A program made the position numbers and the translations under genes. The notes under the pieces were generated by a model that did no database searches, was not told where the DNA came from, and saw only the letters and a program-made list of their open reading frames with translations. A stretch of 54,941 nucleotides of DNA, the filler included, from Jimgerdemannia flammicorona (taxonomy: Eukaryota), in NCBI GenBank assembly GCA_003990765.1. It is 2 parts of 2 records of this genome, joined end to end, with 100 filler letters (N's around TTAATTAATTAA, not from the genome) between each part and the next. Parts side by side here need not be neighbours in the genome. Positions count along the whole stretch, not along the records: positions 1 to 27,423 come from RBNJ01000630.1; 1 more part is not named here. The stretch is one strand, 5' to 3'. Positions 1 through 12,449 of this stretch are shown one piece after another. Numbering within the stretch: the first letter of the stretch is position 1; every line of letters begins with the position of its first letter.

Positions 1-1499
1 GGGGGGGGGGGGGGGGGGGTAGTTGGGATGCTTAGTACTCGAACATCGGATGGTGGAAGCTGCGGACAGATCATTCTTTATAGAAATGTTGGAAAGTTCA
101 GTCGAAACGTCTGGAAATTCGGCCAAGGCAAGTGCAAGTCGGCAAGTCGGATGGTCGGCCGCAGTATATCAGGTTTTTTTTGCGTCAATACTTATAACAT
201 TAACAGATACCTTTCTGCTGTTTTCCTCTCTCTCCCTATGCCATATTGATAGCGACTCTGCATTTTTTGACGTGATCCTCAAAACCTTCAACCCGTTCAC
301 ACCCTCGCCGCCACCATCAACATGGACAAGAACAAGGTGAACAAGGTGAGGATGAGACGCGACGCTGAAAGGGAATCGGCAGTTCGCAGAGGCAGGAGAG
401 GGGGAGTTCTGTGGAGACGTTTTTTGCGTCCTGTCAACCCACCGCCACGGAAAAGGATGTTTTTTACTGCCGACGTAAGTCCTTTTTTATTTCGCGTCCA
501 ATATTATCGAAGAATTGCTCGTTGTATATACCAAGTTTGAGGTTGCGAATAAACTATAAAGTTCAAGGAAAGCGTTTTTATTGATGAAACCGTTGCAGCA
601 AAAAATAAAATAAAACAAAATATAAAGCTCAAGAAAAGAGAATACTAAGAAGTAAAATATATGAGATTCTCTGGCGATTAATGGTATCGACGAAGCTGGC
701 GACAATCGACGTAATCGACGTAGTCGACGTAGTCGACGATTCGCTTTTCTTGATATCACTCCACTGATTGAATATGGTTGTCAAGAATTACGGAACCAGT
801 ATTAGACTAAACATCAAAGCAATCCAACCACATGAGAGGGAAATGCCCCACACGGTCATCCGTCGGTTTGTAGTCAAACAGAGCCCCGACCACGTCGGGA
901 AGTTCTCGACCGTTGTGGACAGAACCAGTCGTAAATGACATATATACAGGTTTTGGTTATATCATGGTAGCTTGCAGGTAAGTAATTTCACAGAAAGGAA
1001 GTGCAATTAGGCTTTTGCAAAAATCATCAGAGAACTCTCCGGCTGGACCCCAAACCAGGGTTTACAGCTGTCGAGTTTCATCGCGCTCCTGCTGGGCTTG
1101 GCATGGCCTTTTCTTGTAAGCCTCGATCTCAGTGTCTTGCGCTGCCGTTACAGCGATCAAAAAAAAAAAAAAAACAGAAAAAAGCTCTCCCGTAGCCGTG
1201 CGACAAAAATAGACTCTGGATCGGTGGCGTATATACATACAAATGTAATAAACATACGGTGGTAGCCTATCAGTCCTGTTGTGCCGCGTGCAATAAACAC
1301 CAAGCATCGGGTGGAGCTCGATATCGGCGACGATTTGAACAAACAGAAGCCAGCGCCGCTGGCCAGATTCGAGGGCCGTGTTGTAACTATTGTTGACTAT
1401 AGGAATGATTCAGCAAGCTTGATTAGTTGAGTTTATTATCCGCGTATGATCTGAATATTTCGCTTGGCCCTATTAACTGCAAACTCTACAACTCGTTTA

Positions 1500-2310
1500 C
1501 TCACGAAGCGCTATGAGGACGTTGAAAAGCAGGATGTTGGTCACCAAAGTAAAGGCAATTATTATAATTATTAGGCTCTGGCCTCCTCGGCCTGGCAAAT
1601 GTATTTCACAGCCGCCGACCCGACTCCGACTTGTTGTCCGACGCGTGGGAGAACCCTCACTATGCGTCCATTTTACCGTCTTGTGGTAAGTTCGGGAAAG
1701 TTTTTCGTGGATAATAATAATAGTACTGCGCAGAGAGGTTTTAGCGCGTGCGCTTACGTGTGCGTTGCGCTGTTTTCTACATGGCCCTCTCATCAACTCC
1801 CTTTCGCCATAGCCGAAAACATTATGAATACCTGTGTGGAGGCAGTTCGCGCCATGTTTTTTTTTTTTTTTTTTTTTTGCCTTACTCGGAGGCTGGTGCA
1901 AAATCTAACGTTTTACATTCAAAAACAAGATGCATTACTTGATTCTCGCCATTCTTTCTGAACTTTACTAATATTTGTCTGGACGACCTCAACTTTGATC
2001 ATTGAAAACCGCCTTCGTCGCAGTACGATTGTAAATCCCAGGGAAACTCAGCAAATAACTTAGCAATAATCGTAAAAAGGGGGAATAATGCATCGTCATG
2101 ACATTTTATTTTATTTAGGAGAAGCCCGCTACCCCCTATTCTAAGTTTGTTTGACTTCTGCTCTTCCCTAGCGACGTTATTCTCCCGGGCACCATCTCTA
2201 TTATCCTTCCAACAGCGGGTTGTTCCGATTGTGATGATCACGCTGTTGAAGGATCGACAGCCGGTCCCGGGGCTGGGGTTTTGTGTTTGTGGATTCCCTA
2301 CAATAATCTA
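1500..2310 (-). pseudogene. Decayed paralog of the 4640-6090 Ser/Thr/Pro-rich gene
   Basis: Colinear DNA and peptide matches at an offset of about 3.0-3.2 kb. SFNSVIITIG..WKDNRDGARENNVAREEQKSNKL (2140-2253) matches SFNSVTTIG..WKDNRDCAWGNIAAKEEELKSNEL. The GERELMRGP block at 1750-1810 matches 4937-4992. gcctcctcggcctggcaaatgtattt (about 1581) matches gcctccgcggcctgcaaatgtattt (about 4803). Internal deletions and an in-frame stop at 2308-2310 are present. Boundaries are approximate. Confidence 0.7.
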
Positions 2311-3592
2311 CCCACACAAACACAGATCATCTCTCAACCATCCTGCTGGTGTACCCGAAACAGTGGGCGCTGGTTATTATATCGGAGTTTCGGTAATGCG
2401 AAATTCCACCTTGGCCATCACCCACCACGACCCGAAACGAGAATACTGCAGTTGATCAGGATCGTCTTTAACGGTGGTCTTGAAACTCGTTGATGCGAGC
2501 GAACGATGACTACGCGTTTATTGAACACAGACTGGCCGAATTCGCACAGGGGGACCGAAACGAGCCGGCATATAATTATGTAATGTGAATTGTCCTGAGC
2601 AGTCAGGATTCAGTTGTTGGATTTCCATCTATTCATATCGGCATGCCCATACCGAAAACCTTCTTTTTTACCGCGAGGAACAACATTCCACATGATCGTT
2701 GCAGGGGTGGACGCCAGGGGCGACATGTGCCCTCTGTGCGAGCCGGTGCATGGAACTGGGGAACTGGGGGAGGTTAGGATGTGAGGGCGTTGCGGCCGCG
2801 AAATTGTACGCCTTGCTGCGGATATTGTCTCCCGCTAAGCCCCGAAGCCATGGGGGGGAGAAGGTTTTCCCGACGACGGCAGTGTCATTATATTTGAATT
2901 TTATATATAAACCTGTATTTCGGGAAACCGGTCCATTAGCAGCAGGCATACCCGAATTCCACGAGCACACTGACATTAGTAGCAGTCTGGCGATCAGCCG
3001 GTGCGTGCTTCATTTGCATGGGGTTCTTCTTAGAATTCAAGCAAATCTCGACATAGATTCATCGAAATCTAGTATTATGATGACAATACTCAATCGTTTT
3101 ACCCTATTTTGCTCCCTGGTGGGTTCTCTCCTTTTTATTTTATTTTTATCCGCTTATAATATCGATGTGGTGGCCCGAGATATACCGCATTAACAAATGA
3201 TCCTTTGTTATGGAAACTGGTTACTATTTCAGTTATAAAAATATTATATCATATATATGCATCATTACAGAGGGCCCGTGAATTAAATATTTTGCTTGCT
3301 GGTCCTTCTGACGTTTTCGCAACTTGTTCATACCATCCTGCTTTATCGATTTCCGAATGATTCAATTTATGAACGGCAGGCTTCAAAGTGGTAAACGATC
3401 CTAACTTAATTTCAATCGCACAAGAGGGTAGCGAATGCGATAGCACATGGCGATCCCCCAACCTCTCGAACATCTCCCCAACTCATCCCCCGCCACCGTT
3501 TCTCCCTTTGGCCCCTACCCACCCGCCTCTACTCATCTTCGGCCCGTACCGACGCTCTGGTTGCTCTCCAGGTGCCGGTGCGCCTCTGGAAT

Positions 3593-4430
3593 CTACGTGA
3601 TAATGTCCACGCCCTTGTTTCCCGTGAGCTCAAGAGCCTAGGGAATGACGATGGGTGAGACGTAATCATGGCGAACCCAAAAGACCTAAAAGTGATATCA
3701 CCACAAACCTTCTCTTTCCGATCAATGATCTTGTAGTAGAACCCGATTGTGGCGCCGAGGATTCAGTCAGCTTGGCCTTTTCATCCGAATCGGCGGTAGC
3801 GAAGCCACGGTTACTATAGGGATAAAGAAAGCAATTGATGATATGAACGACACTCCAACTTCGCGTTCAATACAAGGAGCAAGGAGAATTAAACAAGAGC
3901 TAGGAATCACAGCAAGAAAAACGTCTCCACGTTAGAGAATTGAAAAAGGTAAACATACACCTTTACCAGCCTGACCAGCTGGATCACCGCTGTCCCGATA
4001 CCTGACCCGCATGTCCCGGACCTCGCAGTGAGCGGCGATGAAGTGCAAGGCTTGAACCAGACCTGTGCAAGATGTGAATGTTACAGGTGAGTACTCGTCC
4101 AACAAAAGTCGCGAGAATGCGTACTAAGGGAATGGCTGCGGCTTGATGGAAGATGAATGTGTCTGAAATGTGCATGGCTAGGTCGTGGTTAAGAACGGCG
4201 TTCTGGAGAAGGAGAAGAGACGACGTCAGGAAGGTGAATTTGAGGATATCATAAAACAGTTCGTGGTGTGGAGTGGATGCACGAGGGCCCACGACGTCTC
4301 CCTTAAACACCTCTTGTTGCCGCCCGCCACTCCCCGAGTCCAGAAAAATCGCATTATAGCTATACTCGGGCTGGACCTCCTCAGAGCTCAGTGCGTACTA
4401 CTGAGCAGCGTGGTAGGATAGCAGGGATTG
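3593..4430 (-). pseudogene. NADPH:quinone oxidoreductase (PIG3/zeta-crystallin-like, MDR superfamily) pseudogene with introns
   Basis: Manually spliced pieces: DFSGLGE..FKGD (about 4290-4350); exon 4125-4202 NAVLNHDLAMHISDTFIFHQAAAIP; exon 3967-4062 VW-F/QALHFIA../GSGIGTAVIQLVRL; exon 3709-3813 FATADSDEKAKLTES/LGATIGFYYK; exon 3593-3637 ALELTGNKGVDIIT*. Motif order matches MDR quinone reductases, including the Gly-rich NADPH-binding loop. GT-AG introns are present, along with several frameshifts and a premature stop. Confidence 0.8.
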
Positions 4431-5076
4431 GAGGGGGATTCGGGCTGTATATGAAGGGATAGAACATGAGGGTGATTCGTTAGGCGGCCACGTGATGTCG
4501 GCTAGAGCAAGTTTCGTGGTTTAGTTATCAGTGCTGGCTTGACCAGCGACGAGGGACAAACTGCGGTGGTATAAACTATGCAATATAAATGTAATAAAAG
4601 AATATAAGTACCGCTCTGTGTGATAGATCCTCGCGAAATCGTTGAACTATGCGGCAGCGACACTCATCCTCAGCGCTACCTTCCACATCTCGCCCGTTCG
4701 TCACGCCTTCAAGTACTAACCCTTACCTCCCGTGTGTCGATGCGTACGTCAGCTCTCTCATCAGGCATGGGCTCGAGTGACAGCATGGTGAGACGATGGC
4801 CAGCCTCCGCGGCCTGCAAATGTATTTGGCTCGGAGGTCCGATAATACCGGCAGACGCATTCCGTGACGTATTTGGCGATGTGGGGGGGAGGTTCGGGTT
4901 CGTTTATCCGAGTGGCTTGTAATATACAAATTTGGGGCGCTTACGCTTGCGCAGTCTTCTACGTGGCCCTCTCATTAATTCACGCTCGCCGTGGTATATA
5001 TACATACTATCATTTATTAAATTCAATTATACAAGTATTAACTATCTAAACTATACTTCTATAGGCACCCACCCTC

Positions 5077-6090
5077 TCACAGTTGGCCGTTTCTCATCCC
5101 CACCCCCTGGCTCAGGTGGATCGAGTTGTTCCTCCGGAGATTCTCTGCATCCGTACGAAATTTAAGTTCGTTTGACTTCAGCTCCTCTTCCTTAGCGGCG
5201 ATATTCCCCCAGGCACAATCTCTGTTATCCTTCCAAGCGCGGTTTTTATGTTGGGTGTTCGCTTTGTCCGTGGAGGATTCCCCGGACGTTGAAAAGTTGC
5301 TCCCGATTGTGGTCACGCTGTTGAAAGAAGATTGTTTCCGAATATGAATTGACAGCGAACGGCGAGATTGGCCCGGCGCCGGGGTTTTGTGTTCGTGGTT
5401 GGGCGGGGAGATCGTGATCTTTGGGAGGCTGGAAGATATGCCAGCAGAATGGGGGGATGTAGCGGATCCGTCTTCTTGGGGCTCGGCGGTAAAAGCGTCA
5501 AGAAAGATGGGTGAGCTTCCAGGGACAATTGATCCTTCTCCTTCGGTGTTGCCGGTTGAATGTCTTTTAAGAAGAGGGGACGAAGTGCGGCGAGGGAGGC
5601 TTTCCGTGGGATTGGGGAGGTCATTTGTCCTTGTGGGTGCGACAGGTGTAGTCTCTAGACGGGTGGTGTTTATAGAAGCCTTCTTGGAAAATATGCTGAA
5701 CAACCGATTGAACGAGTGCGTTGAATTGCTGTGGTGCTTGTTCACGTAGGGAGGTTTGGCCTCGGCGGTTGTAGCCTCGTTATGGGTAACGTTGTCCGTG
5801 GGCGCCATTTTGTGCGTCAATTTCTGGCGTAGGTTCAACGAGACCTGTGAGAGGTTAAAGCGCTTGTACCCAGGATCTTCGGGCTCGGCAGTTGCGACCT
5901 CAGGACGAGCAGTGTTGTCCGTGGGAGACTTCCTACGGAAGACTGGTGAAAGCCGCCGGTGGTGGTTAGGGTGGAGGTTGCCGTCATCGTGTGGGGCATG
6001 ATTGAGCAAAGCTAGATCAGAATCAGGATGGTTAGGTGTCGTTACAGGGAAAATGGAGTCGGATAGGGGAGGATGAAGCATATCCGTCAT
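5077..6090 (-). CDS. Ser/Thr/Pro-rich, probably disordered hypothetical protein (337-aa ORF); likely the first exon of a spliced gene continuing to about 4640
   Basis: Long ATG-initiated ORF in CpG-rich DNA. It contains a degenerate internal repeat (PTDNTARPEVATAEPEDPGY / PTDNVTHNEATTAEAKPPY). Downstream minus-strand GTAAG donor sites occur near 4944 and 4726, and the block at 4937-4992 is conserved in the paralog. No domain recognised. Confidence 0.6.
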   Translation of the reverse strand: MTDMLHPPLSDSIFPVTTPNHPDSDLALLNHAPHDDGNLHPNHHRRLSPVFRRKSPTDNTARPEVATAEPEDPGYKRFNLSQVSLNLRQKLTHKMAPTDNVTHNEATTAEAKPPYVNKHHSNSTHSFNRLFSIFSKKASINTTRLETTPVAPTRTNDLPNPTESLPRRTSSPLLKRHSTGNTEGEGSIVPGSSPIFLDAFTAEPQEDGSATSPHSAGISSSLPKITISPPNHEHKTPAPGQSRRSLSIHIRKQSSFNSVTTIGSNFSTSGESSTDKANTQHKNRAWKDNRDCAWGNIAAKEEELKSNELKFRTDAENLRRNNSIHLSQGVGMRNGQL

Positions 6091-6399
6091 GGTGTTTCGT
6101 TTTTTTGTTTTTTGTGTTTTCTCGTTTGAAGGGGGATGGATGACAAATTAAATACCCAAAATCACCACATGACACTCGGGTCACGCGGGTCATTCACTGT
6201 TGAAGGGGGATGTTTAGTGTACATCATAGGGTGGTTCTTCGAAGGAAAGTCCAGTTGGAAAGTCTAGAAAGTCGTGCAGCCGGGGTCAAGTAGGCAAGTC
6301 CGCAGTTGTTGGCCCATGAGCTAAGCCACGTCTCAGGTCTCGTGACTGTTAATTACGGCGATTTCTCTATAACCTAATTCTTGTCACTGATTTGACTGT

Positions 6400-8208
6400 A
6401 AAAAAAAAATTTGAGTATCTTAAGGTACAGGGTCCATTGTTACTACCTGAGCCCAGATCAAGACCTTTTTTGAGAATTTGCAAGTCTCTAATCTCCTTAA
6501 CAACCATATTTCAATGGCTTATATATGTAAATTTCACATAACTGAGTTTTTATTTGATATTATCTTCTACTTCTACTTTATTCTCCTTATCTACTCTTGA
6601 TACTCCTTTGTCTACATCAGCTACCACTATTGCCAGATAGTGTGACCATATTATTACTGTTATCTCCTTATCTAGCTAAGTTATTATATACTTACTAGTT
6701 TTTATTATTTAAAGCTATTACTGATCTAGCTTTATTATTTTAAGCTATTACTAGCTCTTTCTTATCCTTGTCTACTCAAGCTATTGTCACCCAATCTTTG
6801 TCAACTTAAGTTGCTGCTAGCTCATCATTATATAGCTTCTCTTATAGACAAGTATAATATTTCTATCAATATTCTCCTTAGCTATATATTTATATATATA
6901 TATAAGTATTTTAAAAGAGTTTTTTAAATAAATAAATAGTAAATTATATAAAAGAGTAAAGCTGTCTGGAAATATATATAAAAAAATGAGTTGCAGGATC
7001 AGTGAAATAAGTTTCTTAAGCTCAGGAATAGTGGTTTAGTAATAAATATTTAAGATCTTATTACTATTTACAAGAATCTAAAGTTTTTGAAAATTAATTA
7101 TAGATATGTTAAAATACTTAGATATGTAAACTATACTGTATCTGAGAAATTTTTTGAGAATTGTATATATAACAATTGCCATCATAAGGTTTAGAAGTCT
7201 TTTAAAAATACTTCTTTATAAGTAGATATACTTAAATCTATCAAAACAGCTAAATTACTATTAATAGTAATATAGACTATCTTAAGTATATCTACTCTTA
7301 CTATTATTTCTTGAGTGAAGAGTATTATAGAGATTATTCATCAATGGAAAGATAGAACAATCAAGTAGTTTACAGATTCATACTATAATATAGTTAATTG
7401 ATATATTTTTAAGAATAGAGTTTCTAAGTATAAGATAAGAATTAATTTATTTAAAATAAGCAGAAATTAGTAAGAATTATTAGTAAACTATATTTTAGTA
7501 GTAAAATTATCAAATTGTACTAATTTCTTAAATTTTTTATATTATTCTTAAATTATAATATCTATATAAAGAATATATTAATTATTAAAGTAATATAGAT
7601 CAATTTGTTACAGTATATTCAAATATTAATAAAAATAGACAAAGAATTATATAGAGTATCCAAAAGATAATAAATAGATTAAAAGAATATAATAGTTATA
7701 ATAAGCAAATATAATTAAGTGAGAATTAAATAAATATATAATATATATATATCACTCTTATCAATATAATATTAATTTTATTTTATAATAGATAGAGATA
7801 AATATTATAATTAATATAGTTATCAATATATAGATTCAATAAGATAAGGTTAAAGATCATATAGATATACTTGGTATTTTTGCTAAAGAAGAAGCCATTG
7901 ATGATTTTGAAATAATTTAAATTGAAAAATTTCCAGTCCTTATTAATAATAATTATAAAAAATTATCTATAGTAGATTATATTAAAAGCAAGAGATTTAT
8001 AATATTAATACAATTATAGTAAAAAACTATAATCAATAAGTAATTATTTCTAATATATATTAATATATATATATATCAGATATCTTATTTATTAATATTA
8101 TTATATATTATAGAATTATTAAAGCTTAAACTATATTTCATCAAGAATGTAACTTTAAGTTTAATTCTACTTTCTTAATAAAAGATATATTAGGTTATAT
8201 ATATTTGT
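6400..8208. repeat. Extremely AT-rich, CpG-free relic (unidentified decayed repeat); continues at 17473-18561 beyond the Gypsy insertion
   Basis: Abrupt compositional switch near 6380-6400. No ORFs of 60 aa or more. Contains the TTGT target site duplicated by the Gypsy element. Family not identifiable. Confidence 0.45.
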
Positions 8209-9770
8209 TGTAATAGTGACCTCAGAATGATGATATCAGTATAGAAGACAGCCTTTTCTTATAAGCCACCAGATTGGAGTATAAGAAGATTATATAGTAT
8301 GATTCACCCAGGCTATGAGATAAATAATAATGATCAACTATAAGTCATTATGACCACAGAACAGGCATCTTGAGGAATATAAAAGAAGGATCAAGGAATT
8401 ATAGTAGTAGTAACCCAACAAGACCCATTAATTCCAAAATAGCTCAAAGACTTACTATAAATGAAATGTCTGCTACTTGCCAAACCTCAAGGTCAAGAAA
8501 CTACTAAAGTACCTCAGTCAAAGAAAGAATGTTCCAAGACATCAGAAGAGTCATAAAGACCTATACCACAAGGACTCCTAGTGTTAATCTAAGTACTGGT
8601 GACTCTTATCATTATATTCTCTACCACTATGAAATGGAAACAAGAATCACCATTGCTACTGAATGTCTTTAAATGTGGCAGAAGTATGAAATAGAAAACC
8701 TTCTCTGCTGGAAGTTTCCACAGATCAGCTCTCAAGAGCTATAAGATACTACTCCCATAGATATATGTATATAAAATAAGGATAGCCAAAAAGATTCATC
8801 AGATCTTTAGACATGTACTATGGTCAATCTCCAAATTAGAGTATATCAGAGTCTCAGACTTCAGAGATTGTCAGTCCACTGTATCAATATACTAGAAGCC
8901 AGGGTGGCTACAGAAGTCCAGTTCACTATCACCCTCAATAGTGATGAAGTAGAAGACTTCTGGCATCTCATCCTCCAGGACAACCCAGATCAATTCTTAC
9001 AAAAATTGATCTCAGTATTCTAAGACCCAAGCATCCAGGTTAGACCTCCCCAAGACCCCACATTTGTCTCTTATTTTGTAAAAGAGAACCTTATAGACTA
9101 GAGAGCCCCAGATCTCCTTACTCTCCCTGCTGCTGCTGAATGTGATGATGTCATCAGCAATGATATCATCTTATACAATATATACAAAACATACAACAAG
9201 ACCAAAACATTTGCAGATCTCATCTTCAGTAATAACAAGGATAAAGCCCCCATAGTCCTGAATATTCTGCTCTAAGTTCCTTGGTTACACTGAATTATAC
9301 TGGCATTCTTTTCTTATGTAACAGCTATTCTTCTACTGACATTCTGATCTTGTGTGACTCAGAATTATTTTAGCACTCTTTTTCTATATTACTGAAATTA
9401 TTCCAGCATCCTGAACTTATGCAACCATCTGTGCTAACACTAGAACTTAGTAGTTTTCTGATTTCCAGTATTTTATTTGATTATTAGAATTTATATTTAG
9501 CTTTATATCTTAGCAATTATTGAATTATATTTTGTATAAATACCTCTCTTATTTCCTTTGAAATAAAGTCAGTCAAGTTCACTTATATATAATTTCTTAT
9601 AAGCAATCTAAAGAGATAATAAGACAGTTTAAAGATAAATTTTGAGGACTATAAGACCTTGAAAAGGTACTCTAATAAGAACTTACTTATAACAAACTTG
9701 AGTTAGTCTAAGAGATATATCTTGAAGAGAATCTGATGTATTTGAAGGACTCAGCAACCACTATATGACA
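8209..9770 (+). repeat. 5' LTR of Gypsy copy 1
   Basis: Starts TGTAATAGTGACC and ends CTATATGACA; colinear with 15911-17472. Confidence 0.93.
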
Positions 9771-11892
9771 ACTTAGTGCTCATTGGCTAGTGATTCAAGA
9801 TGAATCTCTCACTTTTAAGCTGAAAAATGAACAACCACTACAACAACTACTCTGACTATAAGGGTCACCCTTGTGAGAATTTAAGATAAGATGGAAATAT
9901 ATCTCCCTATATTTTATGGATATATTACTGAAGAGTCAACCCTGACCTATATCTCCCTACATTTTATGGATATATTACTGAAGAGTCAATCCTGACCTTC
10001 ATTGAAGACTTTGAATAATTTGCCACTATATGAACTCTCAAAATGAATACACAATTGGCCCTTCTACTAGTCAGCCTCAGAGGACCTGCCAGAGACAAGT
10101 TCAATGTAACCACTATTACTGATGTTGGTACAGCCAGACTTGCCAATATAAAGACCTTCTTCAGAACTATATACTATACTAAAGAGATCAAGCAAGCTCT
10201 CAAGGATCAACTCAATACTATCTGCCAGAGACTCAGTGAAGATCCCAACTCATTCTATATCTGAATCTGCCACTAGATTGTCTTGGCTAGCTATGATGAC
10301 TGTCTCAAGGAACAAATAGTAGATTCAACCTTCCTCAAAGGAGTTCACCCTGAAATTGCCCTAGCAATCCAGTCTACTCCAGCTATACTGACCCTTGATC
10401 AGAAAGTAATCTTTGTATAGAGATATTAGACTGCCAGACACCCCACCAAATACTTAATGGAGAAAATAACTGGCATCAAATTGGAGCTATCAAAGTCAAC
10501 TAGTATTATACCCATCATAGTTGTAAACAGATAACTATCTCCATCTACCCCTAAGGCAGCCAAAGCTGACCCAGTGGAGGGACTTGTCAAGCAGTTTGCT
10601 GAGATGACTACACACCTTGGTAATATTATTAGAGAAGTCCAAAGTACCAACAGGAGACCAGTATAGAGATTTGCAGCTGCTATAGAAGAATACAATATCA
10701 TATACTTTAGATGTAGAAAAGAAGGATACTATATAAAGAGTTATATGATCAAAATAAGATATAAAGCCCAACTAAGTAATACTATCAGAACTAGAGAACA
10801 AATCAATACAGTAGTTATCAAGGAGATTGATGATACTGATGATAAAGAATACTACAAAGAGCTCAAATTCTACCCTGCTACTAAAGATACCAGAACCTGG
10901 TCCAAGCTCTATGATAAGAAGAGCAACAGAAAGCCAGTTGGAAGACTGAAGAAGACCTTAGCTATTACTATCCAAAGCAAGACCCAATCTAAGAAGATTG
11001 ATCAAGATATAGAGTTAGATAAAGCTGCCCACCAAATCATTGAAGGCACTACTTCAGTCTCAGGAGAAAGTGAAAGTAAGAAAGAACAGAAGCTGTAAAA
11101 GACCAAGATCTACTAATATGATATCTATAAGGATCTCAAAGAACAGAAGGTCAATACTACTTTTAGACAACTAGTTAAAGTCCCTGCCTTCAGACAGCAG
11201 TTGAGCGTAGGACTTATAACTACTGTCAAGAACCAAGAATACAAGATTGTAGAAGCTCACAATATATAAGAAGAATCTGAAGACTCAGGTGAAAAATCTG
11301 AAGACTAGTGCAAAACATCAGCCTATACTCTATATCAGATTGAAGATTATATCTTTGATACCATCATTGATACTAGTGCTGGAGGATGCCTCATAAGCAA
11401 GAAGACAATTGACTGCCTAGGCTGAGATATTGAAGAGTCCACCAAGATGGTCTATATTATAGCAGATGGTATACAAGCTACCCCCCTTAGAAAAATCTGA
11501 GAAGTCTCCATTAAGATAGGAGGAGCTACTATCTCAGTAGATGTGATTTTTACAAGTACCACTAACTATGATATCTTCATTGGCAACCAATGGCTTCATA
11601 AGGCTAAGGCTATTATTGATCTCAATGCCTAGAAGATGTAGATCAACTATAGAGAAAGAAAGGTACAAGTCTCTATCAATATCTACAAAGGAGTTCTATA
11701 GACATAGAGAAAGGAGATGAAGAGGACACAGAAGTCTTCATGTACTTGGTGAACAAGAACAAAAACAGGACACCCAAGCTTACAAATGAGCAGTGGTATA
11801 ACAAGATCATCATGGCTATGCCTCTTAAAGAAGATGCCCCCATGATACTAAGATGTACTGCTCTGAACACCTGAATGACTACTAGTCCTGTA

Positions 11893-12316
11893 TAGTGCTC
11901 CTAATGAATTGAATTGAATCGAATTTGGCCCAAACTCAATTCAATTTGATCAAATCAAGGGTCTAATTCGATTTGATTTAAATCAAATCAAAGGTCCAAT
12001 TCGATTCAAAGTTCGATTCAAACCTTAATTTTAAAAATATAATAACTCGACGAAAACTCATCCAAATTTAATATATTTTAGCTTGTTAGATTCACTGTAT
12101 TAATGTGATTCTAACAAGCTAAAGTACGATAGATTTGGATGAGTTTACACTGAGTTATTGCATTTTGAAATTTAGGGTTTAAATTAGACTCTCAATTTGA
12201 TTCAACTTTTGATTTGATTCAAATTGATTCAAATTGAAAAATCCCCAATTTGATTTGACTCATTTAACCCTCAATTTGATTTGATTCGAATTGATTCAAC
12301 TCATTTGGGAGCACTA
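11893..12316. mobile_element. 424-bp non-autonomous hAT-type MITE with foldback structure, inserted in Gypsy copy 1
   Basis: 8-bp TSD GTCCTGTA (11885-11892, 12317-12324). Imperfect TIR of about 22 bp (TAGTGCTCCTAATGAATTGAAT / ATTCAACTCATTTGGGAGCACTA). Empty site visible in Gypsy copy 2 (about 24393-24415). Subterminal GAATC/GATTC-type pentamers. Confidence 0.9.
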
Positions 12317-12449
12317 GTCCTGTATCAGTGAAGTCAGAAAAATCTGCCAACAGAAGTATAAGCAAGAAGCTGCTGAAGCAAAAAAGAAAGCTGAAGAAGA
12401 TGACCAGCCTTCAGAGCTTCAAGCTGACAGTGATGATGAGGAGGAACAA

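Noticed and set aside
1..19. Poly(G) run at window start
   Set aside because: Homopolymer at the sequence edge with no context; may be an artefact and is not a telomeric repeat.
701..740. Four copies of a 9-bp unit (GTAGTCGAC-like) giving RRLRRLRRL in ORF 487-759
   Set aside because: Simple minisatellite; no spacers and no support for the ORF.
322..1430. Possible spliced plus-strand gene (ATG at 322, GTAAGT donors near 475 and 978)
   Set aside because: Could not assemble a consistent frame or recognise any protein family; the short ORFs look like noise.
6126..6212. Direct repeat TTGAAGGGGGATG (6126, 6200) upstream of the 337-aa ORF
   Set aside because: Could be a promoter element, but two copies alone do not support a call.
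7000..8200. Possible DNA-transposon (transposase) origin of the AT-rich relic
   Set aside because: Too decayed; no catalytic motif or terminal repeat could be identified.
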